Source: Eledone cirrhosa
Lineage: Eukaryota
Reading direction: 5' to 3'
Length of the DNA stretch: 64,000 bases
NCBI GenBank assembly: GCA_964016885.1
Contig: OZ024743.1
Location: 15,562,001-15,626,000, forward strand
The position numbers were made by a program, and so were the translations under genes. The first letter of the stretch is position 1, and each line of letters opens with the position of its first letter. This document shows positions 25,588 through 38,104 of the stretch, piece by piece. The notes beneath the pieces were generated by a model. The model ran no database searches and was not told the origin of the DNA. It saw nothing but the letters and a program-made list of their open reading frames with translations.

Positions 25588-26308
25588 TTTAGAGAATTGG
25601 TCACAGGGTCATATACTTTGGTAAACGCCACTGCAGGCCAACCACTAATTAAATTCGATACAGATATAATAAGGTTAAACTTACTCGTGAGTGAACTGAC
25701 GGAGAGCCGGTCGCCAAATAATCAGCATGGTAAATTAAATGTTATTGAGACACGAGTAAAATAATAATGATGTCAACAGCAGAAATTAGAGATGAAATGT
25801 ATGTTTATTTTTGTTGTAGCACAAATAATTGTTTCTACTTTTGGCACAAGGCCAGCAATTATTCCAGAATATTACTGGTACTTTATTTTATCGACCCCGT
25901 AAGGATGAAAGGCAAAGTCAACCTCGGCGGGATCTGAACTCAGATCGTAAAGGAACGTAACTATGCTGGAATGTATGTCCGACACTCTACCGATACTGCC
26001 AATTCACCGCACAAATAATGTTGGTTAACTTGTATGGTTGAAGTTACACATAAAAATGAGGTTACAAAAGGGAATGTGTCATTGCGCCGGAAATTCGGCA
26101 GGTTAAGGTGTAAAATCTCACCGTCACATGTACGTGTTGCTGGTTCCAAGTCCCAGGTGCGAGAGAGAGATTTTCTTCAAATCTTCGCGAGTAATTTCTC
26201 TCTCAGGACGCGTTGGGATACATCCTCTTCTGCTGGCGCTGATTGGCTGAGCTGAGCCAAATCACGCACAGAGAATGCATGTGAGCCCGCGGAATGTAGG
26301 TCACTACA
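25588..26308 (-). repeat. 3' LTR (interrupted by a SINE)
   Basis: Direct repeat of 30973-31499 plus a 190-bp insertion. Begins TGTAGTGACC on the minus strand. Confidence 0.93.
25830..26008 (-). mobile_element. tRNA-derived SINE inserted in the 3' LTR
   Basis: 11-bp TSD GCACAAATAAT at 25819-25829 and 26009-26019. The empty site GCACAAGTAAT is present in the other LTR (~31207-31217). Confidence 0.95.
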
Positions 26309-26310
26309 AT

Positions 26311-26320
26311 ACCCCCTTCT
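26311..26320 (-). other. polypurine tract (PPT)
   Basis: Minus strand AGAAGGGGGT lies 2 nt before the TG of the 3' LTR. Confidence 0.85.
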
Positions 26321-26673
26321 AGACGGAAGTCAATACAGATTATTGAATCAGCAAGAAAAAGGTTCATGTCTGCAAGCATTAACACAGAAAAAAAAATGTA
26401 CAGCAAATGATGCAAAATGCATGAAAAGGTAACACTCTTCGCAATAAAGGGGCCCCAAATGCGATAAACACAAATAAATTTTTTGCTAGGCACTGAAAAT
26501 GCCACATGTAGCATAGCTATAAAAATGCACTAAAAAAATGGACTGTGTCAGAATTGACAACAGTCGTAATGTTACGAAATATAACATATATTGACACTGC
26601 CGTAGGCAGTCAAGAATCAAAAAGCAACACAATGAAATATACAGCAAAAACAATTGGAAGAAAAGAATACAAT

Positions 26674-28254
26674 TCAGTTTATATTACTGCATAGCTTAAC
26701 GAGGCCAATGCACCCTTCGCCCAGAACGGGTCGTAGTTCTGTATGTTGATGGTGTGTGTGGGGGGGGGGGGAAGAAATAGGCGAATGTGGCAAAGAAAAA
26801 GAAGGGGGCATTTGAATTTCAAGTGTCATTGTGTCATTCTCCAGGTTTGCTCGTTTGAGACGATCAACGGAAACCGTTTCCCTGGAACCCCGAATGTCCA
26901 GTGTGAAATGTTTGTCTGTGCGAGCAAGCACACGATAGGGTCCAGAGTACGGCCGTCGAAGAGGGGGTCGCACGGCGTCGTCTCTAACGAACACATGTGT
27001 CCACAAGGCAATATCCCTTGGGACGGCAGTTTTTACAGTCTGCTTCCTAGTGCCCATCGGTGGTAGATCCTTGAAATAAGAGTGAAGCCGGGACACGTGG
27101 GAAGCGGGGTCCTGCGAAGTCAGGTCAAAAGGGGCCAGCATTTGCCCCGGTAACGCCAGAGGAGTACCATAAACTAATTCGGCAGAGGAGAACCCAAGGT
27201 CCACTTTTACCGTCGACCGAATACCCAACATCACAATAGGTAGGTACTCGCTCCAACGTGAAGAGTCCATGGAAGCCCTTAAGGAGGCTTTGAGTTGCCT
27301 GTGGAATCTTTCCACCATTCCGTTTGATGCTGGATGATATGCCGTGGTTCTTATGCGAGTGGCGCCAATAATTTGTGTTAATTCACGGAAGAGGTTCGAT
27401 TCAAATTGACGACCGCGGTCTGTTTTTATTGTGGTTGGTACTCCAAAACGAGCGATCCATGCAGATACGAGAGTACGCGCTGTCGTTTCAGCAGTGATAT
27501 CTGTCATTGGGATGGCTTCAGGCCAACGCGAAAAACGGTCAACGATCGTCAAAATATACGAATAACCACGACTAATCGGTCACGGGCCGACGATGTCCAT
27601 ATGAATGTGACGAAATCTGGCATCAGGACAGGTGAAAGTTCCGAGAGGAGTTTTAACGTGCTTATAAACTTTTGACTTTTGGCAAGCGACACAGGAACGG
27701 CACCAAGCAGCAATGTCACGTCTCATATCAGGCCAGAAAAATCTGGCTGTTATGAGTTTTACTGAGGCTGATACTCCAGGGTGAGAAATGCCATGTAAAG
27801 CGAGAAACACAGTTCGTCGATGTTCCACTGGGACTAGAGGTCGTGGTGAGTCCAACGAAACATCACACAGTATTTGTCCGTCAGCCGTTGAGATCGGAAT
27901 GTATTTCAGTTTGCAATGTACAAAGTCTGGCGATGTAACATCCAACGATTCGAGAGTGGGTTGAGCAGCTGCCATTCGATGTAAATCTATCTTTTCGGAA
28001 GACGAAATCGATGCGATCGGCAGGCGAGACAGCGCATCGGCCGCTGTATTCAAAGAACCCGGAATATGTTGAATGTCGTTCGTGAACTGAAGTCCAGATG
28101 TCTCGTCTCTCTGGGCGAGTATTTGTCTGCTTTAGTTCCAAGAGCAAACGTCAAAGGTTTATGATCAGTGAAAATGGTGAATGTTCTACCTTCAAGTACA
28201 TGAGCAAAATGTTTCACAGATAAATAAATTGCTAATAGCTCCCTGCCAAAGGTG
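26674..28254 (-). pseudogene. pol: RNase H C-terminus and integrase of the Gypsy element, frameshifted
   Basis: HHCC zinc domain (HGISHPG..CRSCVAC) in ORF 27580-28053. DDE core (TDRGRQF, GMVERFH) and GPY-like PYSGPY in ORF 26674-27552. RH motif FTDHKPL at ~28155-28175 is in another frame. Confidence 0.9.
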
Positions 28255-30612
28255 CTATAGCGAGTTTCGGCAATTTAACTTTCTCGAAAATAAATCGAGT
28301 GGTTGCTGTAACCCCTCACACTTCTGCTGTAAGACTGCGCCCACGGCGCTATCCGAAGCATCAACACAGAGCGACAGCTCGGCGTTGGGCATGGGGTGGG
28401 CGAGCAAAGATGCAGTCGCTAACGCTTTCTTCACTTTCTCAAAATCCGCCAGGTGCGTTGCATTTAATGAAATGTTCATATTCTTCTGTCGACAGTTTTT
28501 AAACATTTCTGTCAACGAGGACAGTAAGCTGGAACAATTAGGCACGAATCGCCTATAAACATTCACAAGGCCCAAGAATTGCTGTAATTGTCGAAGCGAA
28601 TATGGCGGAGGCAAATCCAAAATTGCCTTAACTTTTTCCGGAAGGGGCCGAATACCATCAGCATCAATAAGATGGCCCAAAAATGTTAGCGATGTCGAGC
28701 CGAAAACACACTTAGTGGCATTAACATGAACATTATATTTCTGTAAACTCCGAAATAAGATATCCAAATGTGTGGAATGTTGTTCAGGAGAAGAACTAGC
28801 AATCAGTACATCATCGATATACGTGTAAACAAAATCGAGAACACGAGTGACATCATCCATGAATCGTTGGAAAGTACTTGCAGCATTTCTAAGTCCGAAA
28901 GGCATAGTGAGGAACTCGAATGATCCGAAAGGAGTGGTAATAGCAGTCTTTGGAATATCCTCCTTTTTAACCGGAATTTGATTATAAGCGCGGATCAAAT
29001 CAAGCTTAGAAAAGATTCTGCAACCCTGCAATGACGATGCAAAATCCTGTAAATGCGGGATTGGATAACGGTCAGGCACAGTAATCGCGTTTAAGCGTCG
29101 GTAGTCACCCGTCGGTCTCCACTCACCAGAAGATTTAAGTACCATATGCAGAGGCGATGCCCAAGCACTTGTGGAAAGCCGAATTATTCCTAATTCCAGC
29201 ATGTGGTCGAATTCAAGACGTGGAGCTTTCAACTTCTCTGCAGATAATCTTCGAGGACGTGAGAAAACAGGTGGACCTGTAGTGGATATAAAGTGTTCAA
29301 TCACATGATCCGGACTAGCAATTCGTAATCTTCCTTGCGTCAGCTGTGGGAATGATTTTAACAAACTGTGATACTGGTTGCCCACTTCAGCCAAGAAAAA
29401 AGCAGGTCTTACTGTGGCGATCTCCGGCTTTGAACCCTCGAACGATAGGCCTGTATTAGCATCACAAAGTCGTTGTCTGCGGATGTCAATCGACAAGGAA
29501 AAATGGTGGAGGAAATCCGCTCCCAAAATGGCATATGGCAAGTCGGCGATAGTAAACTTCCACTTCAATTCACGACGCAAATTTTTAAACCGAAGAGGAA
29601 GCGAAATTTGCCCGTACGTTCGAATGGCCGTGTTGTTGATTGCTCGTAAATTGATATTTGATTCAGATGGGTTTTTTTTAAGATAACTGACTGGCCAAAT
29701 ACTTAGTGACGCGCCAGTGTCGACAAGAAAAAAATTTTTTGACTGCAGATCGTACACAAAAAGATGACGGTTTGGTCGAGTTTCCCAGAGTTCACTAGCC
29801 GCCCCTAGTGGCTCTGATTGGCGTTTTCTCCTATAGTTGCAAGGCGCCCGACTGCCAAAGTTAACATGATACCAACAAATCGAAGAATTACTGCTGCCTG
29901 AAGTGTAGTGTTGGCGAGGAACAGAAGATGGTGGCGAACGGTACTCGTAGCGGTTTCGAGGAATAGCAGACGGAGACGAACGGTACCTTAAACGTTGAGA
30001 AGGCTCTCTATGTTGTACAGTCAAATCTTCTACCTTTTTGGTGAGAGCTTCAATCAACTCCAACAGTTTGCTGTCGGCCACAGAAGAATTGCGTAGGGGG
30101 ACGCAAGCTGAAGCCACATAAGGATTATGCCGATTGCTGTTCGAGTCCACCTCAAGTATTCTATCCGCGGACGCGGCAAGTTGCTCTAACGACTCCCTCT
30201 CCAAACTATTAACCAAAAACCTTTGCGCACTTGGCGGTAAACGTGAGAAAAAGAGCTGCTTTATGAAGGGGGTGTCAATCCCCTGGGAGTCGCTCAACTC
30301 CCGCAAATGTCGCAAATAGGAGCTCGGCTTCCTGTCACCCATTTGAGCATCGTCCAACAACTCCTGAAAACGACTCTCTACCGACTTAGTATTTCTCCGA
30401 AGAATTTCGTTTTTTAATGAGCCGTAGGTAACGTCGGCGTCCAAATCTGTCACAACGTCCTTCACCGAGAATGCCAAGGAAACAGGTAGGCCATTGATCA
30501 GGACCTTCAGCTTATGCTGTTCTTTTGTCTTGGTTAATTCAAAGAAACATTCCAGCTGCGCAAACCACAACTTGATGTCGCTTGCGAAGGACGGCAAATG
30601 ATGTTGACTCAT
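28255..30612 (-). CDS. gag-pol: gag-protease-reverse transcriptase-RNase H (partial) polyprotein
   Basis: 785-aa ORF with WFAQLE gag start, CWYHxxFG motif, protease VDTGA, RT MPFGL and YIDD, and RH VDAS. Confidence 0.93.
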   Translation of the reverse strand: MSQHHLPSFASDIKLWFAQLECFFELTKTKEQHKLKVLINGLPVSLAFSVKDVVTDLDADVTYGSLKNEILRRNTKSVESRFQELLDDAQMGDRKPSSYLRHLRELSDSQGIDTPFIKQLFFSRLPPSAQRFLVNSLERESLEQLAASADRILEVDSNSNRHNPYVASACVPLRNSSVADSKLLELIEALTKKVEDLTVQHREPSQRLRYRSSPSAIPRNRYEYRSPPSSVPRQHYTSGSSNSSICWYHVNFGSRAPCNYRRKRQSEPLGAASELWETRPNRHLFVYDLQSKNFFLVDTGASLSIWPVSYLKKNPSESNINLRAINNTAIRTYGQISLPLRFKNLRRELKWKFTIADLPYAILGADFLHHFSLSIDIRRQRLCDANTGLSFEGSKPEIATVRPAFFLAEVGNQYHSLLKSFPQLTQGRLRIASPDHVIEHFISTTGPPVFSRPRRLSAEKLKAPRLEFDHMLELGIIRLSTSAWASPLHMVLKSSGEWRPTGDYRRLNAITVPDRYPIPHLQDFASSLQGCRIFSKLDLIRAYNQIPVKKEDIPKTAITTPFGSFEFLTMPFGLRNAASTFQRFMDDVTRVLDFVYTYIDDVLIASSSPEQHSTHLDILFRSLQKYNVHVNATKCVFGSTSLTFLGHLIDADGIRPLPEKVKAILDLPPPYSLRQLQQFLGLVNVYRRFVPNCSSLLSSLTEMFKNCRQKNMNISLNATHLADFEKVKKALATASLLAHPMPNAELSLCVDASDSAVGAVLQQKCEGLQQPLDLFSRKLNCRNSL

Positions 30613-30954
30613 GGTGTCACGTATTTGATGAATTGTTGGTGTTGGTTAATAGTTAGCCAGGTGTTGCTGCTGATGGCTGGTACTTGGTGGTAGCCGTTTT
30701 GAAATACTGCTAATTTTTTTTCTTTAAGAAAAAATTCTAAAGAAAATTTGAATAATAAAAAAAAATCATTTTCCATGAAAGTTATGACAGAAATATTGTG
30801 CAGGCCGCGTGCTTCAACAAATGGAATATTATGAATTTTATGGGCTTACTCTAAGTGAGTCTAGCTACCCGATTCGAACATTCCAAATGTTAAGCCACTC
30901 CACATTGCCGTTAAAGCGAATGGCGAATTCAAATAGGCTGCGTTTTCATACTTA

Positions 30955-30971
30955 ATCGTCGAAGGTCACCA
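30955..30971 (-). other. primer-binding site, tRNA-Trp type (TGGTGACC)
   Basis: Minus strand TGGTGACCTTCGACG begins 1-3 nt inside the 5' LTR end. TGGTGAC is the tRNA-Trp-type PBS described for CsRn1-lineage elements. Confidence 0.75.
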
Positions 30972-30972
30972 A

Positions 30973-31499
30973 TTTGGAGAATTGGTCACAGGGTTATTTA
31001 CTTTGGTAAACGCCACTGCAGGCCAACCACTAATTAAATTCGATACAGATATAATAAGGTTAACAAACTTACTCGTGAGTGAACTGACGGAGAGCCGGTC
31101 GCCAAATAATCAGCATGGTAAATTAAATGTTATTGAGACACGAGTAACATAATAATGATGTCAACAGCAGAAATTAGAGATGAAATGTATGTTTATTTTT
31201 GTTGTAGCACAAGTAATGTTGGTTAACTTGTATGGTTGAAGTTACACATAAAAATGAGGTTACAAAAGGTAATGTGTCATTGCGCCGGAAAGTCGGCAGG
31301 TTAAGGTGCAAAACCTCACCGTCACATGTACGTGTTGCTGGTCCCAGGTGCGAGAGAGAGATTTTCTTCAAATCTTCGCGGGTAATTTCTCTCTCAGGAC
31401 GCGTAGGGATACATCCTCTTCTGCTGGCGCTGATTGGCTGAGCTGAGTCAAATCACGCACAGAGAATGCATGTGAGCCCGCGGAATGTAGGTCACTACA
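30973..31499 (-). repeat. 5' LTR
   Basis: Direct repeat of 25588-26308, differing by about 12 substitutions and 2 indels by manual count. Confidence 0.93.
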
Positions 31500-31561
31500 T
31501 ATATATCTATATCTAACTATCTATCTATTTATATATATATATATAGCATAAGTTAAACTAT

Positions 31562-31600
<39 letters not shown>

Positions 31601-31603
<3 letters not shown>

Positions 31604-32512
31604 TCATCATCGTTTAACGTCTATCTTCCACGTTACCATGGGTTTAGACGGGAATTGTCCCATGTGAGGCAACATTGGTTGTCTTGCTCGTATAAGACTG
31701 TCTGGTGGGTTTTTTTGTCGTGACACCTACACGACCTCATTTATTTAGGACCGGATGTTGTGGTACCAACATAACTTTACAGAGAAAGGGATGGTGTAGA
31801 TGGGGGTAGGGGTAGTGGAATGAGGGTGTATTTTTGGTTAGGAGGTGCCTACTGACACTAGGTTTCGCTTTGTACTTACGCAAGGCGGGTCTTCTGTTTT
31901 ACTGCGTAGCGCCAAAGATCTCGGTCCAGTGACATTGTCTTGGAGTGGTGTAAGTGTGTATGGTCAGAATTTATCAAACTGTCCCAGGTTTTTCTGGGTC
32001 TGCCTACTCTGTAGCTTCCATCTATTTTGATCGCCCTGCACTTTTTTATACAGCTGTCGTCTTTCATGCGCATCACGTGACCATACCAACGCAGTCTTCT
32101 CTCAAGTACACAGCATCTGATCCCTCTTATTCCTAATTTCTCACTTAGTTCATTTATGCTTTGCCGTTCACGTATATTACTATTACACATCCAACGGAGA
32201 GTGCAAGCTTCGTTCCTCTCCAGTCTGCGCATATCCTATGCACACAATGTCCATTACTGTTCGTATGCAGGCATCATACAGTCTGCCTTTCATTTTTAGA
32301 GAGAAACATTTAGCGGCCAATAGTAGTATAAGCTCTCTGAACTTTTTCCATCCCACTCTGACCCTAGCTACTGTACTTTCAGAGCACCCTCCACCACTGC
32401 TGATTTTGTCACCCAGGTAACGCAAGGTGTCCACTATTTCTATAGAACCATCTGGGCAATGGAAGGAGCTAGTATCCTGTGGGCACTTGCTACTACTTAT
32501 TGCACCTGAGCA
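31601..32512 (-). mobile_element. 5'-truncated RTE-clade LINE
   Basis: YLGDKISSGGGCSESTVARVRVGWKKFREL and RRLRWYGHVMRM..GRPRKTW (ORFs 32183-32434 and 31876-32232). The 3' end is ACGTTAAAC(GAT)n. Confidence 0.88.
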
Positions 32513-32581
32513 CCAGTGGAAACAGTAGCATAAGTTTAACTATACTAAGTATAGTTAAAATTATGCTACTGTTTCCACTGG
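32513..32581. repeat. 69-bp palindrome (34-bp arms, 1 mismatch) at the RTE 5' junction
   Basis: CCAGTGGAAACAGTAGCATAAGTTTAACTATACT-a-AGTATAGTTAAAATTATGCTACTGTTTCCACTGG, checked base by base. Confidence 0.95.
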
Positions 32582-35500
32582 AGGAATAGAAGCTAGACAA
32601 ACTAATATAAGAGAGGTTTGCTCATATCATGTCCCTGACTACAGCTTCTGAAATTAAGAAACAATACAATATTAATTACCTTGATAAATTATGACAACCA
32701 ATATTGGAAGAAAATTCTTTTATCAACAGGATTCTTTGGAAGTATAAAATAGTATTCAGTAGATCGTATAAAAACCTTGTCCTTATTGAAACAGTATGAT
32801 ACATCCAATAAAATGGATGTGTAGTTCAACTCCTAAATGAATATCTATATATCAGGACAACATATGAGGTTCGCAATGACGCTAGAAATAGCACCAATGT
32901 AAATTATCCACAGCAACACAACATCAAATTTATCATATTATCTTTATATACAGATATTCAATTAATAGTCAAACAATGTGTGCATGTTATTGAACACATC
33001 ATGCATTTTGAGTAAGTACAACATATGTATACTATCTATTGAATATTATTTTCTACTTCCAAAGAAACCCTCTGATGATGAAGGAATTTTTTTCCAATAT
33101 AGGTTGTCTTATTTGATTTAGATAATTTCTATTGTTTCTTAATTGCAGAAACTGTTGTTAGAGAAATGATATGAGCAAAGCTCTCTTATATTGGTTTGTC
33201 TAGCTTACATTCCCCCAATCAAGAATTTGGTATACATTTAAGTTTATAACCATCTATGATTTAGATACGTTTAGCTATCTTTTCATTGAAATGTCCCATA
33301 AACTAGTGGCAAATAACTCTTCCTTTTTCTCTGTTTTATATATGTATGTATATATTATTGTGTGAGTGGTATGTGTGTGTGTGTGTGTGCATGTTCATAT
33401 ACATATATATATACATACTTATATATATGCATAGTATAAGAGAGAAAAATAATTTTGTGTATATGTGAAAGTGTGTGCAGATATGTGTTTAATCACCATT
33501 GTTTCTTTTTTATTGTTGTTCTTTGCCTGGCAAATATATTTAAAGATAGACAAACTGTGTGGAAATATCAGACCACTGCTATAAGTTAATTGAAATGTAA
33601 AAGAATTTCTCTCTTTTTAACATTTTTTTTTTATTTAATTTTATTGGAAGGATATTTGCTTTTTTCCCCTTTGATATTACCATACTTTTCTGCAAAACCA
33701 CATTATATTGTAATGTATGTTTGTACCCATGTACTTAAGTTTCCAGACAGCACTTAACAGAAATTGTTTAAAGCATATTGTGTAGAATATTGGACAGTTG
33801 AAAATAGTAAAGGAGGTAAAAGATCAGGAGAGTATTAGTGTTAAGCGATCACATGTTTGAGATCAAATCTTCTTGCTATCATGTGTTGTCCCATAGCAAA
33901 ATCTGATATTAAAAAATTCAATAACAGTAATATGCTGCTGGCCCAATTTAATGTAATACCATACATAACAAATATGAATATAATGCCATTAAAGAAGCCT
34001 CTACAACGTTGTCTGATCTAGTAGAAACAGGAAATAAATCTTTCTGAAATAAATCCTTATCTTTTTAAAAATTATAAATTATAAACATAAGAACAGATCA
34101 GAAATATAGCCATACATAAATATAAATATAATGAACAGTTATAGTGGGCACAGGTTTGGTCATATGCCTACTCAGACTTGCATTATTTGGAACTAAATTA
34201 CAACATAAATGCATGAAGAAATCTACTTTTGGAAACTAATCTACTTTTTATTCATTTTTTTTCAAAGTGTTTTCTAAATTAGCCAAAAATTTAATAATAT
34301 GTATATTTAATTATATTCGAATTAGTACCCCAAAAGTATATGATTGCCTATCATTACTTTCTATCTTGTTATGTTTGTACTCTGTTGTCTTTTTCTCTGT
34401 CTGTCTCAGTAAGATATACAAACATTCCTAGATAACATTAAAAATAATTAATTCTCAATGAGGAGTAAAATGTCCAACATTTTGGACTTTTATACTTCTC
34501 CAATAAATAGAATGGAAATCAATTTTGGGGTTGGTTAGAAGTAAATGAGAAATGGAAGATCAATGAAAAAAGAGATATGTGGGAGGAAATAAGTGCACTT
34601 TCTAATACATATGCTCAGGGCCAAATGTAGACATTTGTAGGTCTTCATATAGCATCAGCAATCATTTTAAGGCCATTTTCTTGTTAAAGAACCTTTATGA
34701 CATTTCAGGCCCTAGGATAAAATTCTACATTTTGCCATATTGACTTTGATCTCCCTTAACAACACTAACTTTCATTTCCTCCACCATCATCCTCAGTCAC
34801 CCTTTTTCTAACCCCCTCCCCCCCTCATTTATATCACCCAGTCATTTTCATCCTTTCACTACATATAACCCAACCATCTCATTTCATTTCTCTTCACTGG
34901 TTCTATTCCCATCAACCCTGCAATTACATTTTAGTTATCTTCTCTCTGAGCAATACTCCTTTCATCTAGTTACCATTCTCATTTTTGTTGTTTCCATTCT
35001 ATGTCTTGAATGTCCATCACCTGTGTTTTGCTCCCATAAATCATGGCATTTCTCACACACACAACTTACATCTTTCCCTTCTGTTTCAATGACAGTCCTT
35101 TCCTCATTAACACATCACAAAATTCCCAGACATTCTAATTTTTGTGTACAGGTCGTACATAAAAGAAAAGTTGCATTGCAAATTACTAAATTTAAATATC
35201 AAAATACATTTAGCTCATGAAATTGTGATTGACAATTTTTACATACAAAATTTAATTGCAAAATGAAATAAAGATTTTTTTCCATAAAATTATGATGGAA
35301 GGTTTTTGGATAAAATTAAACTCTTTAAAGCAATTTTGTATTTTAGAATCAGTGGTTTGGTATCAAATCTTATTACAAAAGAAAGTTTAGATTTTTTATT
35401 TCAAGAGTTAAAATACATTTATGTTAGGATATATTTTATCAAATCTCCATAATGGTAAATAATTTTCTTACATTTTAGTATTTTTGTGGCAAGTAAATAT

Positions 35501-35777
35501 TGCGACAGATGTTTGACTACCTTTAGAAAAAAACATAGGAGAGGTAGTCAGAGAGAGATGAGGGGGAGAAAGAGACTGAATATAGAAGATTTCACATTGC
35601 TTTGAATTTCTTCAAAAACATCAGTCCTCTACAAGATCCTGAAGTTACATCAAGGTGGTAGGAAAAGTATGACCATTGTGTACATACACACACACATATG
35701 CATCATGCACCATCCCTGATATAGCTATGCACACACACACATGTATATATATATAGGTATATATATATATATATATA

Positions 35778-36545
35778 CAGGGTGCGGACGATATTTGTTC
35801 GCAAGATTACTGTCTAGGATAAAATAACACGGAAGTTTTATTTTTTAAGATATATTTATCAAACTTGGGTCAGTTTGTCTTCATGACTTGTTCTTTCGAT
35901 TTCACTCGATAAACACACCATTAGCTTTGATGGCGGCCTCAAGGCGGCCTCGGAACCGGCTACAGGCCTTCGTCACTGTCCCCTGACTTAGGCCCCTAAA
36001 GGCACTTGTGATCCTGGCCTTCAGATCGTCTTTCATATTGCAGCTAGATCTGTTGGTGTCTCATTCCACTGCACACCACACAAAGAAGTCGAGGGGTTTG
36101 CAGTCAGGCGAGCTGGGAGGCCAGATGTCATGTGAAGTGTGGTCAACGAAGTTCTCTGACAGCCAGGCTTGGGTCTTTCGGCTGGTATGGCAGGTCACTG
36201 AATCTTGCTGCCACACGTACGGCCTACCTGCAGCTACCTGGTCAATCCAGGGCTTTACTACCTCGCTCAGAACGCGGATGTAGCCATCGGTGTTCAGCTT
36301 GAAGCCCTCAGGGAAGCAGTGAGGTGGCATGACGTCACCTTGACTGCTGACGACACCTAAGACCAATGTTGTCGCTGGAAACTTTGTCTGCATGACTCTA
36401 GGCACGTCTTTGGATGAGACACCATTCTCCTCCTGATGCTGAGAAAGTCTGAAATTTCCTTATTTGTCCTCCCGCTGCAGATTCCAAGAAGAACTCCGTG
36501 TCTCTTCCACAAATTTGCAGGTTCAAAATTATTCATAATCAATTA
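35778..36545 (-). mobile_element. internally deleted Tc1/mariner-superfamily transposon, DD37D (maT) type
   Basis: TA|CAGGGTGCGGACG terminus in a (TA)n tract. Transposase remnant QQD-(37 aa)-D with WPPSSPDCKPLD. The N-terminal HTH-like piece (KRHGVLLGICSGRTNKEISDFL) is fused directly to the catalytic half. The second TIR was not found. Confidence 0.85.
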
Positions 36546-36840
36546 TTCTGAAAATAAATAATGGAAATATAGTCACTGTTTTTATGAAGACAAAAGTTAC
36601 AACGGAAATTAAAAAAATGTGCATAAAATTAGCAGTTGTATAATGAGTGTATAACTCTGCATTTTATTTGAATTTTGGCTCTTAGTTGTCGAGCTAACTA
36701 GTTGGGTGAATTTAGCTTATTATTTCTAGCCGTTTTAAAATCCTCCCACGCCACTCGAAATGAAGGACACACAAGGTATTTCATTCCCTCGTGTTTATTT
36801 AGTTTACCTACTTTCATAGGTGTTTGTTGCTTATAATCTC

Positions 36841-36929
36841 ATCTTCCGCTGAGGACTGCCTCCGGATTATCTGTTACAAACACAACTTTTCAGGGCGAAA
36901 CAGATTAATCTTTAATCTGTCCAGGAGAT
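36841..36929 (+). ncRNA. type I hammerhead ribozyme-like motif
   Basis: ATCTTCCG-CTGAGGA-ctGCC...GGGC-GAAA, perfect 9-bp stem III ACAGATTAA/TTAATCTGT, GTC triplet at 36919-36921, and stem I partner CAGGAGAT. The stem II closure is offset by 2 nt. Confidence 0.7.
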
Positions 36930-37063
36930 AATAATTATTGAAATGGTCTGTACATTTTAATTTTATCTTGTATTTTCCGTTTGATTCAGAGTTTATATTC
37001 ATCAGACCAACGTGGTCTTTCTACCCTTGTAATTCTAAACACACAATTTACTGTGTTTATTCC

Positions 37064-37105
<42 letters not shown>

Positions 37106-37920
37106 GGAATAAACACTCATGTATATATATACATATATATATATATACATGAGCAAGCATAGATATTCATATGGGTCCCTCATAGACAACAATCAAAATA
37201 CACACAAAATTACCAAATATTTATATTAAAGTCTATTTAGTGTTCGAAATTTTATTTGACTATTTTTACATACAAAATTTAAATGCCAAAAAGTGACATT
37301 CTCATTATTACGTTTGTGTTTGGAACATAACATAAATGTTTTTTCATAAAATTATAATGGGAGGTTTCTAGATAAGTTTGAATACTTTAAAATAGTTTTG
37401 AATTGTAGAACCATTTTAGCTAGTTTGGTATCAACCTTCATTCTACTAGAATGTGTAGATTTTAAATTTCAATAAGTAAAATAAAGGTTATTTTCATAAA
37501 GATATGATGGAAGGTTTTTAAATGAATTCAAACTCTTTAAAGTTTTGTATTGTAAAGTTTCATGTTTCAAACTATATTACAATGGAAAGGTTAGATTTTA
37601 AATTTCAACAATTAGAATTCACTTATGTTAAGATATATTTTATCAAAATCTTCATATAATTTCAGTAAATAATTTACTTACATTTTAGTGGCAAGTAAAC
37701 ATTGCAACAAATGTTTGGCTACCTTTAGAGAGAGAGAGAGAGAGTAAAAAAGTTTTAATTTCTTCAAATACAGCAGTCCAATACATGATCATGAGGTCAA
37801 ATGATTGAGATAGCAAAGGAATGGTCATTGCGTACATACACACACAAAAGCTTATAACCACACATATGCACACATACATATAACTATACACATCACACAC
37901 CATCATTAATATAACTATAG

Positions 37921-38104
37921 GGCGGTGGATTGGCAGTATCGGTAGAGGGTCGGATGCCATGCTTTCCAGCATAGTTACGTCCCTTTATGATCTGAGTTCA
38001 AATCCCGCCGAGGTTGACTTTGCCTTTCATCCTTACGGGGTCGATAAAATAAAGTACCAGTAATGCACTGGTAAATTGCTGGCCTTGTGCCTAAAGTAGA
38101 AACA
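37921..38104 (+). mobile_element. tRNA-derived SINE, full length, 19-bp TSD
   Basis: TSD ATCATTAATATAACTATAG at 37902-37920 and 38105-38123. A box TGGCAGTATCGG, B box GAGTTCAAATCC. Confidence 0.95.

Larger units (their letters stand above)
25588..31499 (-). mobile_element. Ty3/Gypsy LTR retrotransposon, CsRn1-like lineage
   Basis: Two ~527-bp LTRs, PBS, PPT and gag-PR-RT-RH-IN domain order. Best-fit 4-bp TSD is TATA (25584-25587 and 31500-31503) in a TA-rich site; the LTR end is uncertain by 2 nt. Confidence 0.95.

Noticed and set aside
37921-38010. tRNA genes suggested by A and B boxes
   Set aside because: These are SINE heads followed by SINE core and tail, with no proper cloverleaf.
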